Below are positions 47,630 to 57,293 of a stretch of DNA of 64,000 nucleotides, piece by piece. Origin of the DNA: a virus. Location: positions 1-64,000 of IMG/VR virus record IMGVR_UViG_3300050120_000169, one strand, 5' to 3'. The notes below the pieces were generated by a model. That model saw only the letters and a program-made list of their open reading frames with translations. It searched no databases and was not told where the DNA came from. The stretch's first letter is position 1. Every line of letters starts with the position of its first letter. The translations under genes were made by a program, and so were the position numbers.

Positions 47630-47953
47630 ATGATCCGCGATGAAGTAAAGCCGGATTGGCTACAACTTTGTTTCGACAATAACTACATCGATTTTGTGGA
47701 GTTTCCCGAGGGTGCGGCGTATGAAAACGCGGCTATCCACAAATTCATGTACACCTGGGGTATCCTTGCGGGCTTGAATTCCTGTGGGTACGAAAACCGC
47801 TGGTGTTACTCTACAGAAGAAGATGCACACCGGGCGCTGATGGACTGGCGATTACGTGGTGGTGAGGAAGAACCCGATGGCTGGCACCGTGAATTAGCAC
47901 ACGGTCGCCGCCGTCCAGATGGAGACGCAAGCCGTGAATACATCAACTGGTAA
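47630..47953 (+). CDS. Hypothetical protein
   Basis: GYENRWCY...A..AL..W, EPDGWHR. Confidence 0.55.
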   Translation: MIRDEVKPDWLQLCFDNNYIDFVEFPEGAAYENAAIHKFMYTWGILAGLNSCGYENRWCYSTEEDAHRALMDWRLRGGEEEPDGWHRELAHGRRRPDGDASREYINW

Positions 47954-48170
47954 AGGCCCGCACATCTGCTGGGTAGTGTATGAGCACCCGTTGGACTTCC
48001 CTGATGGGTATGTGGCCCGACAGTTCATTAATGGCAAGCCTACGGAAACTTGCTTGCGCTTTAAGGAACTAGGGCAACTTCGGGTTATACTCTGCTGGAA
48101 TTACCCGGAAATTCGCTATTTTCCGCGCCATGCGAGTGACGAACCGCAGATCAAAGAAATGTGGATGTAG
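47919..48170 (+). CDS. Hypothetical protein
   Basis: WVVYEHP.DFPDGYVAR...R..SDEP.I.E.W. Confidence 0.55.
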   Translation: METQAVNTSTGKGPHICWVVYEHPLDFPDGYVARQFINGKPTETCLRFKELGQLRVILCWNYPEIRYFPRHASDEPQIKEMWM

Positions 48171-48173
48171 AGC

Positions 48174-49181
48174 ATGAATCTTGAACAGGGGCGGGCGTTC
48201 TTGGAATGCCTGGGCGTCAAGCAATCCAAAATGAAGTCGGATGCGAAGTGGTTGCGCTGTAGCTGCCCGTTGGCTAGATGGACACACCAACACCATAAAG
48301 ATAGTAACCCCAGCTTTGCCCTATCACTGGATAGCACGCAGGCCCCCTTCTATACCTGTTTTACCTGCTTTAGTGGTAGTGCTGAGGACCTACTCCAAAC
48401 GCTCGAACTGTACACCCGGGAAACCCCCGAGCTACAGCATATGTACAACTTCGCACGGGCGCATGAGATCCTAGATGACGCGGAGTTGATGCTGCCGGTG
48501 ATGGGCGAGTACACCGAGGGTGTAAGCGAGGAACATAAGAAATTCGTGCCTTGGCCCGAAACCTACCTGCAATCATTTATACGTGCCAGTCAGCATCCAC
48601 TACCGGCTGAGTACCTAATGTCCCCAAAGGATCACTTAAATGAATTTGGACAAAAATGTAGAGCAATCCCTGCCGAGCGGCTCATCACTTTTGACGTCAG
48701 GTACGATCCAAGCAAGGGGATGGTGGTGTTTCCTTACCGGGATGCATATGGGCGACTGGCCGGTATGCGAGGGCGTTCCCTTACCGAAAAGAAGCACTAT
48801 GACTATACATGGCAAGGTGTTAATAACGCTGGTTTAGTGTGGTACAACGAGCAATGCCTGGACACCTTACCGGGCTGGGTAGTGGTGGTAGAAGGGCAAA
48901 TTGATGCCCTACGCGTGAGTGAGCGCTGGCCTAAGGTAGTGGCTAACATGACGGCCAAACCCAGCACGTCCAAGCTTGAGAAGCTGATGCACGCCCAGGG
49001 CACAATCCTAATCCCTGATGCTGATGCGGGCGGGGTAAATAGTGTCAAGCGCTACATTGAGTACCACCAGATGCACGATCAACCCCTACGGGTTTTACAC
49101 CTCCCAGACCTAGGGCAGAAGTTGGATCCAGACGACTGTGATCCAGATTATCTTCATTCTCGAATTTTGGAGATACTTTAA
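48174..49181 (+). CDS. DNA primase (Zn finger + TOPRIM)
   Basis: CSCP..H..D.NPSF..CFTC; VVVVEGQIDAL; IPDADAGG; DPD. Confidence 0.85.
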   Translation: MNLEQGRAFLECLGVKQSKMKSDAKWLRCSCPLARWTHQHHKDSNPSFALSLDSTQAPFYTCFTCFSGSAEDLLQTLELYTRETPELQHMYNFARAHEILDDAELMLPVMGEYTEGVSEEHKKFVPWPETYLQSFIRASQHPLPAEYLMSPKDHLNEFGQKCRAIPAERLITFDVRYDPSKGMVVFPYRDAYGRLAGMRGRSLTEKKHYDYTWQGVNNAGLVWYNEQCLDTLPGWVVVVEGQIDALRVSERWPKVVANMTAKPSTSKLEKLMHAQGTILIPDADAGGVNSVKRYIEYHQMHDQPLRVLHLPDLGQKLDPDDCDPDYLHSRILEIL

Positions 49182-49187
49182 TATCAT

Positions 49188-49215
49188 TTGACAAACCCCA
49201 GATTCGGCGTACAAT
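49188..49215 (+). promoter_or_regulatory. Sigma70-type promoter
   Basis: TTGACA-16 bp-TACAAT. Confidence 0.75.
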
Positions 49216-49272
49216 CCAGATAGTGCCAGGGAGCACTTTTTGAGGTTTAGTCCTGATTATCTGGAGTTCAAT

Positions 49273-50046
49273 ATGACTGTCTCATGGCTGAAACAAGGTG
49301 AAGCTAGTGTTGTAATTGCAAAACAAGAAGAAGCCGCATATGAAATGCGCAAGGAAGAACAGGGAAAAATGTCCCGGTTCTGGATGAAGGAAGGTGAAGA
49401 ATGCCGAATTACGTTTGTGGACGGCGATCTTGACCCAGAAAAGCAGATTTTGATCCCGCCTCGTTATTACGAGCACATGTTGTACCTCGATGGCAGTTGG
49501 AATAACCACTTTGTTTGTCCTGAGAAAACGGCCCCTCACCTGGGTGACAAATGCCCTATCTGTGCGGGCAACGAGTACCCCTACCTCGCATCGCTTTTCA
49601 CCATCATCGACCACCGCGAGTGGCAAAGCCAGAAGAACCCTGGCAAGGTCTACAAGGACCAAGCCAAGTTGTTTGTAGCTAAGGCCAAGACCGTAGAACT
49701 ATTGAACAAGATCGCGGTTAAGCGTGGCGGCCTCGCTGGCTGCACGTTTGACGTGATGCGGATCGGTGAAAAGAGCGCCAATGTGGGTACGAACTTCGAT
49801 TTCGTGGAGAAACAATCCATTGAGGTGCTGAAGGAAAAATACGTGCAGGAATGGACCGACCCGAAGACCAACAAAACCACCAAGATTTGCGTGTTTGTCC
49901 CAGCGAAATACGAAGAACAGATCGTGTTCCGCAGTGGTGCGCAACTTGAGGCCAAGGGTTTCGGCGCACCGAAGGTCAGCGGCTACAGCAGCAACACCCC
50001 GTCAGCCGGTGCTGGCGATATGACTGACTACGCAAACCAACTGTAA
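49273..50046 (+). CDS. Single-stranded DNA-binding protein (T4 gp32-like)
   Basis: RFWMKEGE..RITFVD, YEH, VC...CPIC Zn site, DV.R.G; ATG 49273 after GGAG. Confidence 0.7.
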   Translation: MTVSWLKQGEASVVIAKQEEAAYEMRKEEQGKMSRFWMKEGEECRITFVDGDLDPEKQILIPPRYYEHMLYLDGSWNNHFVCPEKTAPHLGDKCPICAGNEYPYLASLFTIIDHREWQSQKNPGKVYKDQAKLFVAKAKTVELLNKIAVKRGGLAGCTFDVMRIGEKSANVGTNFDFVEKQSIEVLKEKYVQEWTDPKTNKTTKICVFVPAKYEEQIVFRSGAQLEAKGFGAPKVSGYSSNTPSAGAGDMTDYANQL

Positions 50047-50171
50047 GTCAACGGGGCGAGCAATTAGGCAAAGGAAGTGTATCCTCCACACTTTCCTGCC
50101 AGCACCTTATCCCAGTGGGTGTTTGCCGAATAGATTGGGAATCGCTCGCCCCCCCCCCTAATGGAGTAAAA

Positions 50172-51515
50172 ATGACTTTACGCGTGCTGGACGTACAGCC
50201 GAAGTTCACGTCCGCTATGGCGGTTTATGACTTTAATTTGGCGATTGAGGCCAAGTTCAAATTCATGAGCAGATTTGGCGACCCGGTGAATATGTCATAC
50301 CGTGAAGGCAACTTGCTGTACGTGCCGCGTGAAGTAGTTCCTGTAGGCAAGGAAGATTACCGAGTTAGCAACAAGGTGTCCGCAATCAATTGCGCGATTG
50401 TGCCACGTAACGCCGAGCAGATACCCCTTTCGTCTAAATCATTAGACCTGCTTCGAAGCGGACAAAATCATGTTTTTAATGCGCCTACTGGATGGGGCAA
50501 GAGTGTAGTAGGTGGTTTTATAGCCGCAGCGTTAGGTCAGACGACAATTATTATTGTCAATAAGACAGACCTGATGGATAGCTGGTACGACGCCTTAGTA
50601 AATGTGCTAGGCATACCACCGAAACTGGTGGGCAAGGTGCAGCAGGACACCTGTAACTGGCAGGGAAAGCAGTTTGTGATCGCTATGGCGCATAGCGTGT
50701 GCAAGGAAGACAGATACCCCGATGAAATGTACCGGTATTTTGGGTTCATGATTGTCGATGAAGTAGATGCGATGGCCCCGGATTTCTTTGCCGGAATCTT
50801 CTCCAAATTCCCGGCGCGATACCGGTTAGGGTTCTCAGCCACCACTGACCGATCAGACGGTAAATGGAAGATCCTGACATACAATATCGGTCCCGTATTG
50901 GTGCAAGGTACGATTCTCCCGATGGTGCCCAAGATTCTGGTCAAGAAGACCAAGTGGCGCATCCCCCGGTGGAAGAAGTGGGTAGACGGGGAGGTAAAGG
51001 AAGAACCGATACCGCACAGCCCTGGACGCATGACGCTGGTAACTAAGGCCATGGCAAGCAGCTTGCCTCGTAATATGGAAATTGTTGAGTTCGTTAAGGC
51101 CGCGTACAAGGCTGACCGGACTACTTTGATACTGAGTGACTTAAGGGATGGACATCTTGACCCCCTGTTCTTGTTGTTGACCAAACAGGCAGGGATACCC
51201 GGCGATAAGATTGGTTATTACGTTGGGGGCATGACCAAGCAGGAATTAGAGGTAACGAAAAAGGCCAAGGTAGTGCTGGCGACTTACAAGATGGTAAATA
51301 GAGGCACGAACGTCCCACATTGGGACTCCCTGGTACTAGCTACACCTAAATGTGATGTACGTCAGGCAGTGGGCCGGGTTATTCGGTTTATGACTGATAA
51401 AAAACAACCCGTTGTATTGGATCTTGTGGATGTAGATCCGATTTTTCATACCTTTCATTTATCACGGGTGAAGTATTATTACAGTATTAAAGCAGAAATT
51501 GTGAGGATGGACTGA
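50172..51515 (+). CDS. Superfamily 2 DNA helicase (UvsW/ResIII-like)
   Basis: APTGWGKS, IVDEVD, GFSAT..RSDG, QAVGRVIR. Confidence 0.9.
   Translation: MTLRVLDVQPKFTSAMAVYDFNLAIEAKFKFMSRFGDPVNMSYREGNLLYVPREVVPVGKEDYRVSNKVSAINCAIVPRNAEQIPLSSKSLDLLRSGQNHVFNAPTGWGKSVVGGFIAAALGQTTIIIVNKTDLMDSWYDALVNVLGIPPKLVGKVQQDTCNWQGKQFVIAMAHSVCKEDRYPDEMYRYFGFMIVDEVDAMAPDFFAGIFSKFPARYRLGFSATTDRSDGKWKILTYNIGPVLVQGTILPMVPKILVKKTKWRIPRWKKWVDGEVKEEPIPHSPGRMTLVTKAMASSLPRNMEIVEFVKAAYKADRTTLILSDLRDGHLDPLFLLLTKQAGIPGDKIGYYVGGMTKQELEVTKKAKVVLATYKMVNRGTNVPHWDSLVLATPKCDVRQAVGRVIRFMTDKKQPVVLDLVDVDPIFHTFHLSRVKYYYSIKAEIVRMD
50380..50395. repeat. Dispersed palindrome copy 14
   Basis: CCGCAATCAATTGCGC, in CDS. Confidence 0.9.
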
Positions 51516-51517
51516 TC

Positions 51518-51949
51518 ATGACCGATGACGCATTCAACCGCTGGTACAAGAATCACAAGAAGGACTTTAACGACAAGCGGAAAAGTCGCTACCATACTGA
51601 TCCCGAGTACAAGAAGCGGGTGTTGGCGGCCAGTCGGCAAACCCGAGAAGATCGGCGTAAAGGTGTGGTGAAGTCGGCTACTAGTCAGAGTGGGGTGGTA
51701 AATCTGTCGGCCTTAGCCGAGGACCTAGAGATATCGGTTTGGACGCTTCGGAACTGGATGGCTAACGATTATTTTCCAAGACCCCAGATAGAGGGTGGGG
51801 GGCTATGGTTCACGCCCTGGCAAGTAGCACTCGTGGCACTGATTCAAGAATTCATGAAAGATAACAACGTTCGACGCCTAAGCGCCGCCCAGCGCCAAGA
51901 TTTACAAAAAGTCTTGACCTATATCCATGCCCATTGGGGTGATGCATGA
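51518..51949 (+). CDS. MerR-like HTH DNA-binding protein
   Basis: LSALAEDLEISVWTLRNW...YFPRP...G.WFT..QV. Confidence 0.65.
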   Translation: MTDDAFNRWYKNHKKDFNDKRKSRYHTDPEYKKRVLAASRQTREDRRKGVVKSATSQSGVVNLSALAEDLEISVWTLRNWMANDYFPRPQIEGGGLWFTPWQVALVALIQEFMKDNNVRRLSAAQRQDLQKVLTYIHAHWGDA

Positions 51950-52302
51950 GTGTAACTATCCACAAACCTAATCCGTACGCCAAACATCTGGTTAGTGAGC
52001 CAGTGAAGGGCACCACGACTGTAACCCATGTCCAAACCCTGGGGAAAGGTCAAAAAGAAGAAAAGCTACTATCGTCAACCGATGAACTGGTAAGCAAAGG
52101 TCTGATTGTCCCCAAGGAGCAGCTTCACATGTTGGAGGTAGGGGGCGGTACGACGATCAACCTGGGCAATTTCGAATCGGCACGAATTGATGTACGGCTC
52201 ACAGCGCCATGTACAAAGGCTGATTTGATGGAAACCTACGAATTTGCCAGCGATTGGGTAAGCGAACGCATTATTGCGGCAGTCAAAGCCGCTAAGGGGT
52301 AG
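51946..52302 (+). CDS. Hypothetical protein
   Basis: TINLGNFESARIDV motif. Confidence 0.6.
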   Translation: MSVTIHKPNPYAKHLVSEPVKGTTTVTHVQTLGKGQKEEKLLSSTDELVSKGLIVPKEQLHMLEVGGGTTINLGNFESARIDVRLTAPCTKADLMETYEFASDWVSERIIAAVKAAKG

Positions 52303-52305
52303 ACC

Positions 52306-53562
52306 ATGCCAGTTACAGTAGGAAAACCCGGCACGAAACCGGGACCGGTAAAAATTACAGCGGATGTAAAATCGATAGTGCCTGTCAATGCCCCGGAACC
52401 GGCTAAGAAAAAAATAACCAGTGAGTTGTCGGTTGTATTGGCTCAGATCAAAAAGGATAAAGGCGATAAGGTTGTCTACCGGGGGCGCGATGTTCCTGAT
52501 GTAAAACGCTGCCCAACTGGCGATTTTGAGTTTGATTTCAATACCGGTGGGGGCTTCCCGCGTGGGCGCATATCGCTCATTTACGGGCCTGAGTCTAGCT
52601 GCAAGACCACGTTTGCTCTACGTGCCGCCGCAGTGGCGCAGCGCGGCCCGAAAGAATGTAATAAGGTGGTGTTTGTGGATGTAGAGCACTCCTTTGATAC
52701 GGCGCGGGCCGAGGAACTGAGTGTGGATGTAGACGAATTGATTGTGGTTAAGCCCGGTTACGGCGAAGAAGCGGCGGACATTATCGTTGCTGTGATTGCC
52801 GCTGAGGATGTCGCAATGGTTATTGTTGATTCCCTGGCCGCCATGATTTCTACGGCTGAGATTGATAAATCAATGGAGAAGTTCGACGTTGGCACCAGCG
52901 CGATCCTAATTAAGCGCATGACCAATAAGGTTAATAACCAGCTTTCAGCCGAGGCCAAGCGAGATCATTACCCGGCTGTGATCCTGATCAATCAGATTCG
53001 GTACAAGGTTGGTGTGGTATTTGGCAACCCGGAAACGACACCGGGCGGGAAAAACCCGCATTTCTTGTCTGCGTTGACCGTTCGGGTGAGTGGCAAGAAC
53101 AAGATTGTTGGTGCCGTGAATCCAGATAAACCGTCATATAAAGAATTGACTTGCGACATTATCAAAGCCAAGGTGGGCATCATCCGCAGCCACTTTGAGT
53201 TCGATATGGCGATGTTTGCACATGGCGACCTACTGGCTGGGGAAACCAAAAGTTGGGGGCTGGTAAAAGACGAACTTCAGGCGGCTGGGTTGTTGAAGAA
53301 AGGCCCGAAGGAAAAGGGTTGGGAACTGGAAGGAAAAGTGTACCCAACTCAGCAGGTGATCGAAGACACGTACTACGCCGAAGCCGACTTCTCGTTGCAC
53401 CTCCAGCAGTTGGTGATTGCCCAGTACGATGGCAAGAAGACGGTTTTTGATAACACCAAGAAATTCCTGGCACAATCTGATCAAGAAGTGGAAGCTCAGC
53501 CAATTGATACGACGGGGGGGATGCTTTTCCAGGAGTCTAAAGATGTCGAATCCATATCTTGA
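52306..53562 (+). CDS. RecA/UvsX-like recombinase
   Basis: GGFPRGRI..IYGPESSCKTT, FVDVEH, VIVDSLAA, INQIR.KVGV.FGNPETTPGG. Confidence 0.92.
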   Translation: MPVTVGKPGTKPGPVKITADVKSIVPVNAPEPAKKKITSELSVVLAQIKKDKGDKVVYRGRDVPDVKRCPTGDFEFDFNTGGGFPRGRISLIYGPESSCKTTFALRAAAVAQRGPKECNKVVFVDVEHSFDTARAEELSVDVDELIVVKPGYGEEAADIIVAVIAAEDVAMVIVDSLAAMISTAEIDKSMEKFDVGTSAILIKRMTNKVNNQLSAEAKRDHYPAVILINQIRYKVGVVFGNPETTPGGKNPHFLSALTVRVSGKNKIVGAVNPDKPSYKELTCDIIKAKVGIIRSHFEFDMAMFAHGDLLAGETKSWGLVKDELQAAGLLKKGPKEKGWELEGKVYPTQQVIEDTYYAEADFSLHLQQLVIAQYDGKKTVFDNTKKFLAQSDQEVEAQPIDTTGGMLFQESKDVESIS

Positions 53563-53911
53563 ACGAGCCGCCAAAAAGCTAATTGGCGACACAGGACGGG
53601 CTAGTGAGAAGCGCGTGGCTCGCTCAATGGGCGGTCGGCTGCAACCAGCCAGTGGGGCTGTGGACGGCCACAAGGGTGATTTCAAGCTAAAACGACGAAT
53701 GAAGTTTTTGGCTGAGGCAAAAAGTACCACTGGTGATACACTCAAACTCGATCTTGGGTGGTTAATGAAAATTACATCTGAAGCGTTGGCCCAACGTGCT
53801 AAACCCATGCTGGTGGTGAGCTTTACCACTCCCGAGGGCAAACTTCGCGGGCTAAAGGAAGACTGGGTGTGTATCCCACGCCACGTATTCGATGAGTTGA
53901 CGGAGGAATGA
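53543..53911 (+). CDS. PD-(D/E)xK resolvase-like nuclease
   Basis: SEKRVA...GG..QPASGA...KGD...EAKST; ATG 53543 after AGGAG. Confidence 0.7.
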   Translation: MSNPYLERAAKKLIGDTGRASEKRVARSMGGRLQPASGAVDGHKGDFKLKRRMKFLAEAKSTTGDTLKLDLGWLMKITSEALAQRAKPMLVVSFTTPEGKLRGLKEDWVCIPRHVFDELTEE

Positions 53912-54168
53912 AAATGATGGATTGTACTGAGGCAGAAACCCGGTTGGCGAAATGTGTTGAAATGCTGGAAGAACAATTTCGGGGGGAATTTCATTTCGCG
54001 GTGTTTGTGATGCGGCGTCCCATTGATGGGGAACCGGATTCAGATGTCATTGAAGGCACGTATATGAGCACGTTGCCAAACCCTGAGTTACGGTCCTGTG
54101 TAGTTGGTATGATTGATGGCACGGATCCTGACGATATAGAGCAGATTCAAGGTAGTTCGATCAACTAG
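53908..54168 (+). CDS. Hypothetical protein
   Basis: Coupled ORF; weakly similar to the next ORF. Confidence 0.5.
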   Translation: MKMMDCTEAETRLAKCVEMLEEQFRGEFHFAVFVMRRPIDGEPDSDVIEGTYMSTLPNPELRSCVVGMIDGTDPDDIEQIQGSSIN

Positions 54169-54179
54169 CGAGGTTTGTC

Positions 54180-54425
54180 ATGACCGGTGATGAAGCTGAC
54201 AAAAAGATGCGCAAATGCGTTGATTACATCCAAAAGCAGTTTGGGCAGGGTGAAACGGCTTTTGGACTGGTCGTGGTTGTACGAACTGATGAAGACCCTG
54301 AGGGGGATTTAGGCTATAGCGGCTCAATGACCCTGCGCGAAACCGGCGATGTAATCCAAGCCTATCTCGAAGGCGAAGGCCCAGCCGACGAGCGTGGCGA
54401 TTTCAAACCCATCCTGTTGAACTAG
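54180..54425 (+). CDS. Hypothetical protein
   Basis: EA...KCV...QF...F..VV similar to the previous ORF. Confidence 0.5.
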   Translation: MTGDEADKKMRKCVDYIQKQFGQGETAFGLVVVVRTDEDPEGDLGYSGSMTLRETGDVIQAYLEGEGPADERGDFKPILLN

Positions 54426-54432
54426 GACTACC

Positions 54433-55326
54433 GTGACCGCTGGCTGGCTTAAAGAAGCTGTGATTGGGATGGGCACTCCACAGGTGTCGATCATCCAGCG
54501 CATCAAGGCAAATCTGGGCGGTCATACTCAACCCAGGGCCAAGGACGTGGTACACGCGTCGGACGCCACGAAGCCTAACTTTTGCCCACGACATTGGGCG
54601 TTGCTGGATATCGAAAAGAAAAAGATCCCCGAGGAATACATATCGACGGCCTTGGCCGCCACGTTCGACGTAGGACGCGCCACGGCGGACTTGGTAACCG
54701 AGCATTGGCTAGGCGACTCGGCCATCGGTAATTGGAAATGTGCGACCTGCGGTGAGCAGCGATCCTTCTGTTCGAAACCCAAGAACGGGTGCGCAAAGCA
54801 GTTAGGATGCAACTGGCGTTATAAGGAAGTGGTATTCGAGTCCAAGGAGTACGGTGTTAGTGGATCAATTGACGTAATGGTGGACCTTGGCGCGGCGCTG
54901 GTGGCAGCGACCGAGCTAAAGATTATCAAGGTCGAGGACTTTGCCGAGATCAAACAACCGTTGGCCGAACACGTACTACGCACCCAAATGTATTTGAAGC
55001 TGATTTCCGATAGCAATTCCGCGTACAAGAACCGGATCAACTTGCACGAGGCCCGAGTGTTTTATGCCAGCCGAGGTTACGGTAAGGCCAATTTGGATCA
55101 CAATAAAGAGGTTCTGCCGTTCAAGGAATTTGTGGTCAAGCGCAACGACGAACGGGTAGTGCCGCTGCTCAAGAACGCCCAGCAGGTTATGATTTTTAGA
55201 CAGACTGGGGAGATGCCAAGCGGTATCTGCACGTTACCCAGTGACAAGTACGCTAAGCACTGTACAACCTGCAAGGGCTGTTTCTCGGGCCAATACCCGG
55301 CTGCACAACCGTCTTTGGAGTTGTGA
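54433..55326 (+). CDS. Cas4-like PD-(D/E)xK exonuclease
   Basis: HASD...FCPR, E..F....GVSGSID, ELK, Q.YL, C-terminal C..C..C cluster. Confidence 0.75.
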   Translation: MTAGWLKEAVIGMGTPQVSIIQRIKANLGGHTQPRAKDVVHASDATKPNFCPRHWALLDIEKKKIPEEYISTALAATFDVGRATADLVTEHWLGDSAIGNWKCATCGEQRSFCSKPKNGCAKQLGCNWRYKEVVFESKEYGVSGSIDVMVDLGAALVAATELKIIKVEDFAEIKQPLAEHVLRTQMYLKLISDSNSAYKNRINLHEARVFYASRGYGKANLDHNKEVLPFKEFVVKRNDERVVPLLKNAQQVMIFRQTGEMPSGICTLPSDKYAKHCTTCKGCFSGQYPAAQPSLEL

Positions 55327-56000
55327 TGGTAGTCGCGTACACGAACCACAATCCACAACCGGTGTTGGCCGTGCCTGCGCCTAAGAAAGCGATGTCAGTA
55401 TTGGGTAGTAGCGCCAAGAATACAGAGTTCAACGGCAGCGACGAGTGGTACACGCCACAATTCTGTATCGACATGGCCCGGGAAGTACTCGGACATATTG
55501 ATTTAGATCCGGCGTCTAGCTTTCAGGCCAACTTTCGGGTGCACGCTGATCATTACTTCACGGCTGAAGAGGATGGACTAAGCAAACCGTGGACACATCC
55601 ATATGGAGGTGTGGCGTTACCGAGCAAAATATGGCTTAACCCGCCTAACTCGTTAATGACGCGTTTTGCCAAGAAAATCGTCACGGAGATAGAGGCCGGT
55701 CATGTTGAGTCTATGATTGTGGTCATCAACACCCGCTGCGATACCGGTTGGTTTATTGACATGTTTAAGCGCTTTGGCGGGTACTTCACCCGGGGCCGCG
55801 TTGGGTTCGAAAAGCACAATGCAGAGACCGGAGAGCTAATAAGCAGTACGGATGGCGGTGCGCCGACCGGGCAAGTATTTTTTTATCATGGACCTGATCG
55901 AGAAAAATTCGTATCGGTATTTAGTCGTTACGAGGGGTATTACGTGCCACCCGAATCGGTGACGCGTTTTTCCGGTAAGAAGTGGCGAGGGTCGAAATGA
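55323..56000 (+). CDS. Phage DNA N6-adenine methyltransferase-like protein
   Basis: DEWYTP, IDLDPAS, EDGL..PW, WLNPP. Confidence 0.8.
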   Translation: MMVVAYTNHNPQPVLAVPAPKKAMSVLGSSAKNTEFNGSDEWYTPQFCIDMAREVLGHIDLDPASSFQANFRVHADHYFTAEEDGLSKPWTHPYGGVALPSKIWLNPPNSLMTRFAKKIVTEIEAGHVESMIVVINTRCDTGWFIDMFKRFGGYFTRGRVGFEKHNAETGELISSTDGGAPTGQVFFYHGPDREKFVSVFSRYEGYYVPPESVTRFSGKKWRGSK

Positions 56001-56503
56001 TTGTTGTTGGCATTGATCCGAGCACCTGGGTAGGCCTAGCCAGAAGTGACGGCCATGGCGACATCATGGGCAAGTGTGTACACGTAGATCTGGTTGGCTG
56101 GGAACGCGTGCAATTGATTGCGGAAAACGTGTACAGAACCCTGGAGGTTTGGGAGCCAGAGTTGGCGGTAATAGAAAATTATGCCCTAGGGATGAAAAAA
56201 AGCCCCGATACCCTAGTGACACTGATCGCAATCGGTACTATGATTAGATCCTCGTTGTACAACTTGAACATCCCCTGGATTGAAATTAGACCCAGTACGC
56301 TCAAGAAATGGACAACCGGTAAAGGCAATGCCAAGAAGCCACAGATGGCGGAAGCAGTGAAGAATCGGTGGGGTTACACTTCCCCCTCTGATGACATTGT
56401 AGATGCAGCGGCCCTCGCAGAAATGGGCCACATTCTTGTAGCAAATGGGTTAAAAAATCTTCCAGACGGAGTAAAACATGGACTCAGCAACTTTCAAGCG
56501 TGA
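55997..56503 (+). CDS. RuvC-like Holliday junction resolvase
   Basis: VGIDPS, AVIE.Y, P.TLKK..TGKGNA.K, DD.VDA. Confidence 0.85.
   Translation: MIVVGIDPSTWVGLARSDGHGDIMGKCVHVDLVGWERVQLIAENVYRTLEVWEPELAVIENYALGMKKSPDTLVTLIAIGTMIRSSLYNLNIPWIEIRPSTLKKWTTGKGNAKKPQMAEAVKNRWGYTSPSDDIVDAAALAEMGHILVANGLKNLPDGVKHGLSNFQA
56108..56123. repeat. Dispersed palindrome copy 15
   Basis: GTGCAATTGATTGCGG, in CDS. Confidence 0.9.
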
Positions 56504-57200
56504 CGTATTCCGCACGGTGGGAGTGAAGACGGCTAAATTTGGGTTGCGCAACACCGCTCGATCTAACGCAGACGCGAATTTGTTTCACGGAATTATGGGT
56601 TTGAACACCGAAGTAGGCGGTATGCTGCAAGGCCTCCAGCCTTATCTCCTGGGATTCCAGCTTAGCCCGGAACTATTGCAAAACGCGTTCTTGTCGCTGG
56701 GCGGTGTGGGCTACTATGCCGTGATGGTCGCCAAGACTCTCAAGGTCAAAGTACCCGGTGCGGGCAAGAAATCCAAGCTGAAAGACATGACGCCCACCGA
56801 GGCGCTGCTGACCCTTGACCAGCTTGCGGGTGATCTGCTGTATGCGGCGATGGGTGTTTTCCATTCTGGCGAAGTCAGCAAGGCGGATGCGGCAGTGGCT
56901 ATTGAGCAGTTCATGAAAGTCTTGTGGCCGGTGGCTTACGACCTCGTGAGTGTGCCTATGTCTGACGTGTTCGAGAACTACGTCGAGCGGATTGCCCCGG
57001 CATACCCAGTAGGCCTATTTTCCACCAATGAGGAAATGATCGGCAATGCCAAGACGGCCATGCTTGCCGATGAAGACCAGCACATTCAGCAATACGTGGA
57101 TGCGCGTAAGCAGGCACAGGCGGTTAAAAAGTCAGCCAAGTTGGCAGTGAAGCTGGCGAAAGAAGGGATGGACAAAGCCGAGAAAGCTGAAGCGGCCTAG
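56478..57200 (+). CDS. Hypothetical protein, possibly a degenerate MazG-like fold
   Basis: LFHGIMGLNTEVG and LGGVGYY resemble MazG helices but lack the acidic catalytic residues. Confidence 0.4.
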   Translation: MDSATFKRDVFRTVGVKTAKFGLRNTARSNADANLFHGIMGLNTEVGGMLQGLQPYLLGFQLSPELLQNAFLSLGGVGYYAVMVAKTLKVKVPGAGKKSKLKDMTPTEALLTLDQLAGDLLYAAMGVFHSGEVSKADAAVAIEQFMKVLWPVAYDLVSVPMSDVFENYVERIAPAYPVGLFSTNEEMIGNAKTAMLADEDQHIQQYVDARKQAQAVKKSAKLAVKLAKEGMDKAEKAEAA

Positions 57201-57215
57201 TGCAATTGATTGCGG
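57200..57215. repeat. Dispersed palindrome copy 16
   Basis: GTGCAATTGATTGCGG, 7 bp upstream of a -35 box. Confidence 0.9.
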
Positions 57216-57222
57216 AAACCCT

Positions 57223-57250
57223 TTGACAAATGGGGCGCACGCGTTATAAT
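57223..57250 (+). promoter_or_regulatory. Sigma70-type promoter with palindrome copy just upstream of -35
   Basis: Consensus TTGACA-16 bp-TATAAT. Confidence 0.8.
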
Positions 57251-57293
57251 CAATTCATAAGTTTTAATGAAACATACACAGACGGAGTATCAC

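Noticed and set aside
54433-55326. CRISPR-Cas locus
   Set aside because: Solo Cas4-like nuclease among recombination genes; no cas1/cas2 or array.
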